From Klebsormidium nitens (taxonomy: Eukaryota; Plantae; Klebsormidiophyceae): DNA of 64,000 nt. Where the stretch lies: contig DF237421.1 of assembly GCA_000708835.1 (NCBI GenBank), positions 1 to 64,000 on the forward strand, in the 5' to 3' direction. The notes under the pieces were generated by a model. It saw only the letters and a list, made by a program, of their open reading frames with translations. It was not told the DNA's origin and did not search any database. Positions 62,362-64,000 of the stretch are shown in pieces; position 1 is the first letter of the stretch; each line of letters starts with the position of its first letter. The translations under genes were made by a program, and so were the position numbers.

Positions 62362-64000
62362 TCAAACTGCAACCCTACGCGGCAGTACCGCTGTGGCTTC
62401 CATTTCCAATCCGTCCAAGTATGCATCAACGGCTCTTCGGAGCTCAGTATTATGGAGCTCGCCTTGCGATGCGTGCCACTGCGCTTTCAACTCCCGAATG
62501 TGAAAGTATTCTCTCCGGGCTTTTTGGAAGACGACATCGAGAACGTGTAGCAACTCCGCCTTCTCCATTTCTTCCCTAATGGTCCAGTACTTGGTTGGGT
62601 AAGGAAACCAATCGGGTATCTGAGAAGGGTAATGACGTCAGCCATTTTGTCAACTCGAGGTCCACCGAAAGGAAGCCTTCTGGCTAAAGGGCGTCCAAAC
62701 AGTGATCTTTGCGTTCACAAGCGCTAGCTAAGAAGCCGTACCACGGTGATGTTAAAGCCCCCTATGAAGTGATTCAGAGAGCTTTCGAACAGGGCCAACG
62801 GTTAACGACGAGAGAGCATGAGCAGGTTCGAATGTCGTAATGAATAACACATTTGTTGCCAGCATTTGTTGCCAGGATCAGACACCGTAGCTTGGATCAC
62901 TCTACCAATGCCGCCAGTACAGTCTTCGTACAGCCTTTACGAGTGTGCTTTCCCTCGCTGCACGCCGCATAGTTGTGAGATTGTGTCCATCAGCATCCGA
63001 TTCCAATGACCCGCACAGTTGGCTTTTCCCGCACCCAGATAATAACCTGCCACAACTAGATTCTTTCCGTGATTTAGTTCCGCTCACCGTGCTTGGAGCC
63101 GGTAACCCTTGGGAGGACGTGATGCGGTTCATCCCCCTCACGAGCGCTTCGACGACGACCGCGAGGTCCGCCCGAAGCTTTGACGGCCCCTCGGACAGTA
63201 CTACGGACGGGGATGTGCTTTCGGACGGGGACGGAGAGCGGACAAGGCTTCGCAGGACGTTTGAGGCGTTTACTTTTCCGCCGTCGACTGGGGCATCTTG
63301 CAATCGGCTGCTTGTGAAAAGAGGATTGCATAAGTAAGCATTGGTTCCGTAGCTCTTCAAAAACCCAAAAACCTGGCTCTTTTGAAGATCAGCTCGTAGA
63401 GACGTCGATGGAAAGAAGAGGTTACGTACTAGCAAGCTAGAAGTCTAAGGAGAGTCCGAATGAAGTCAGTCAGTCAAAGAAGCAGCAATTGCCTCAACAA
63501 GCAACCGTACAGGTAGGATTCGAGTGGATTCAAACAGCGCTGGCAGTGTCGGATTCGAATGGCAGAGTCAAATGGGTCTGAAGGGGCACGGATTATCCTC
63601 ATGAAACAAAAAATCCTATCTTCCTTGGCTCGTTCCCTCCACTTGTACTTGATCCAAGCATAACGAGTGCAAACATCAAGCAATCCCTGACGATCCGACT
63701 CATTTCGGACACTTTTTGAGAGCAAGAACATCCCGATCAAACAAGGGTTGGAAATGTCACACGATCACCGAGCTTGAAATCTAGTCCTAGGGGGTTCGCC
63801 ACCCTGGACGATTTTGGCGGATATATAGAGACCCCCGGTTCTCTGAGGACTGCGGTCCGGAACAAGAGAGCAAAAAAGATAATGGAACAAAAGAAGAACC
63901 GACCTTGAGATCGCAACCTCTAGGCCCTCGACTAGCGCCTCCGTCACGGGCGTGAGGCGCGGCGAGCACCACACGCGCCTCCCTCCGCTCCCGCCGAACA
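62362..64000 (-). CDS. Second divergent EIN3/EIL-like paralog (5' partial, runs off the window end)
   Basis: Exons >64000-63904, 63307 (or 63310, NAGNAG)-63088, 62619-62362; phases 2 and 0 as in the + strand paralog. Peptide ...VWCSPRLTPVTEALVEG...LRADLAVVVEALVRGMNRI...PST|IPDWFPYPTKYWTIREEMEKAELLHVLDVVFQKARREYFHIRELKAQ...RRAVDAYLDGLEMEA aligns with CSTNLRPYQDAF, HTDLHPIVAVLMAKLNEI, PDT|LPLWFP, MSLPQLFQVLDAIFGH and RACFEAFFDFLRREA. Confidence 0.65.

Noticed and set aside
63330-63740. ORF segments STSLRADLQK and MSRIVRDCLMFALVMLG as the 5' exon of the second EIN3-like gene
   Set aside because: The exon at >64000-63904 gives a better motif match (CSPRLTP) and the same phase-2 intron as the paralog, so this region is treated as intron.

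Overview
Intron-rich eukaryotic nuclear DNA, inferred to be from a streptophyte green alga (Klebsormidium-like). The basis is plant-type GLE1, a PPR-SMR gene and EIN3-like domains alongside an outer-arm flagellar dynein intermediate chain. I built GT-AG gene models by hand with continuous reading frames: two tandem membrane-anchored U-box genes (+), APC7 (-, 16 exons), an intronless PPR-SMR gene split by a 1-nt frameshift (+), GLE1 (-, 11 exons), SAM50 (+, 6 exons), a secreted glycoprotein with two putative NTF2/SnoaL-like repeats (-, 5 exons), axonemal dynein IC2/DNAI2 (-, 11 exons), and two convergent paralogs that appear to carry a highly divergent EIN3/EIL-type DNA-binding domain. There is one assembly gap (N, 8654-9296). 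The main observations are: (1) the divergent EIN3-like gene pair, which shares intron positions and phases; (2) about 20 intronic 'echo' duplications that copy a splice site plus the adjacent exon edge in five unrelated genes, where every echo I translated would introduce a premature stop or frameshift if used; (3) a U-box ligase fused to a ~90-residue charge-free hydrophobic segment. Family assignments come from remembered reference motifs, not database searches. No rRNA, tRNA or CRISPR array was recognised.
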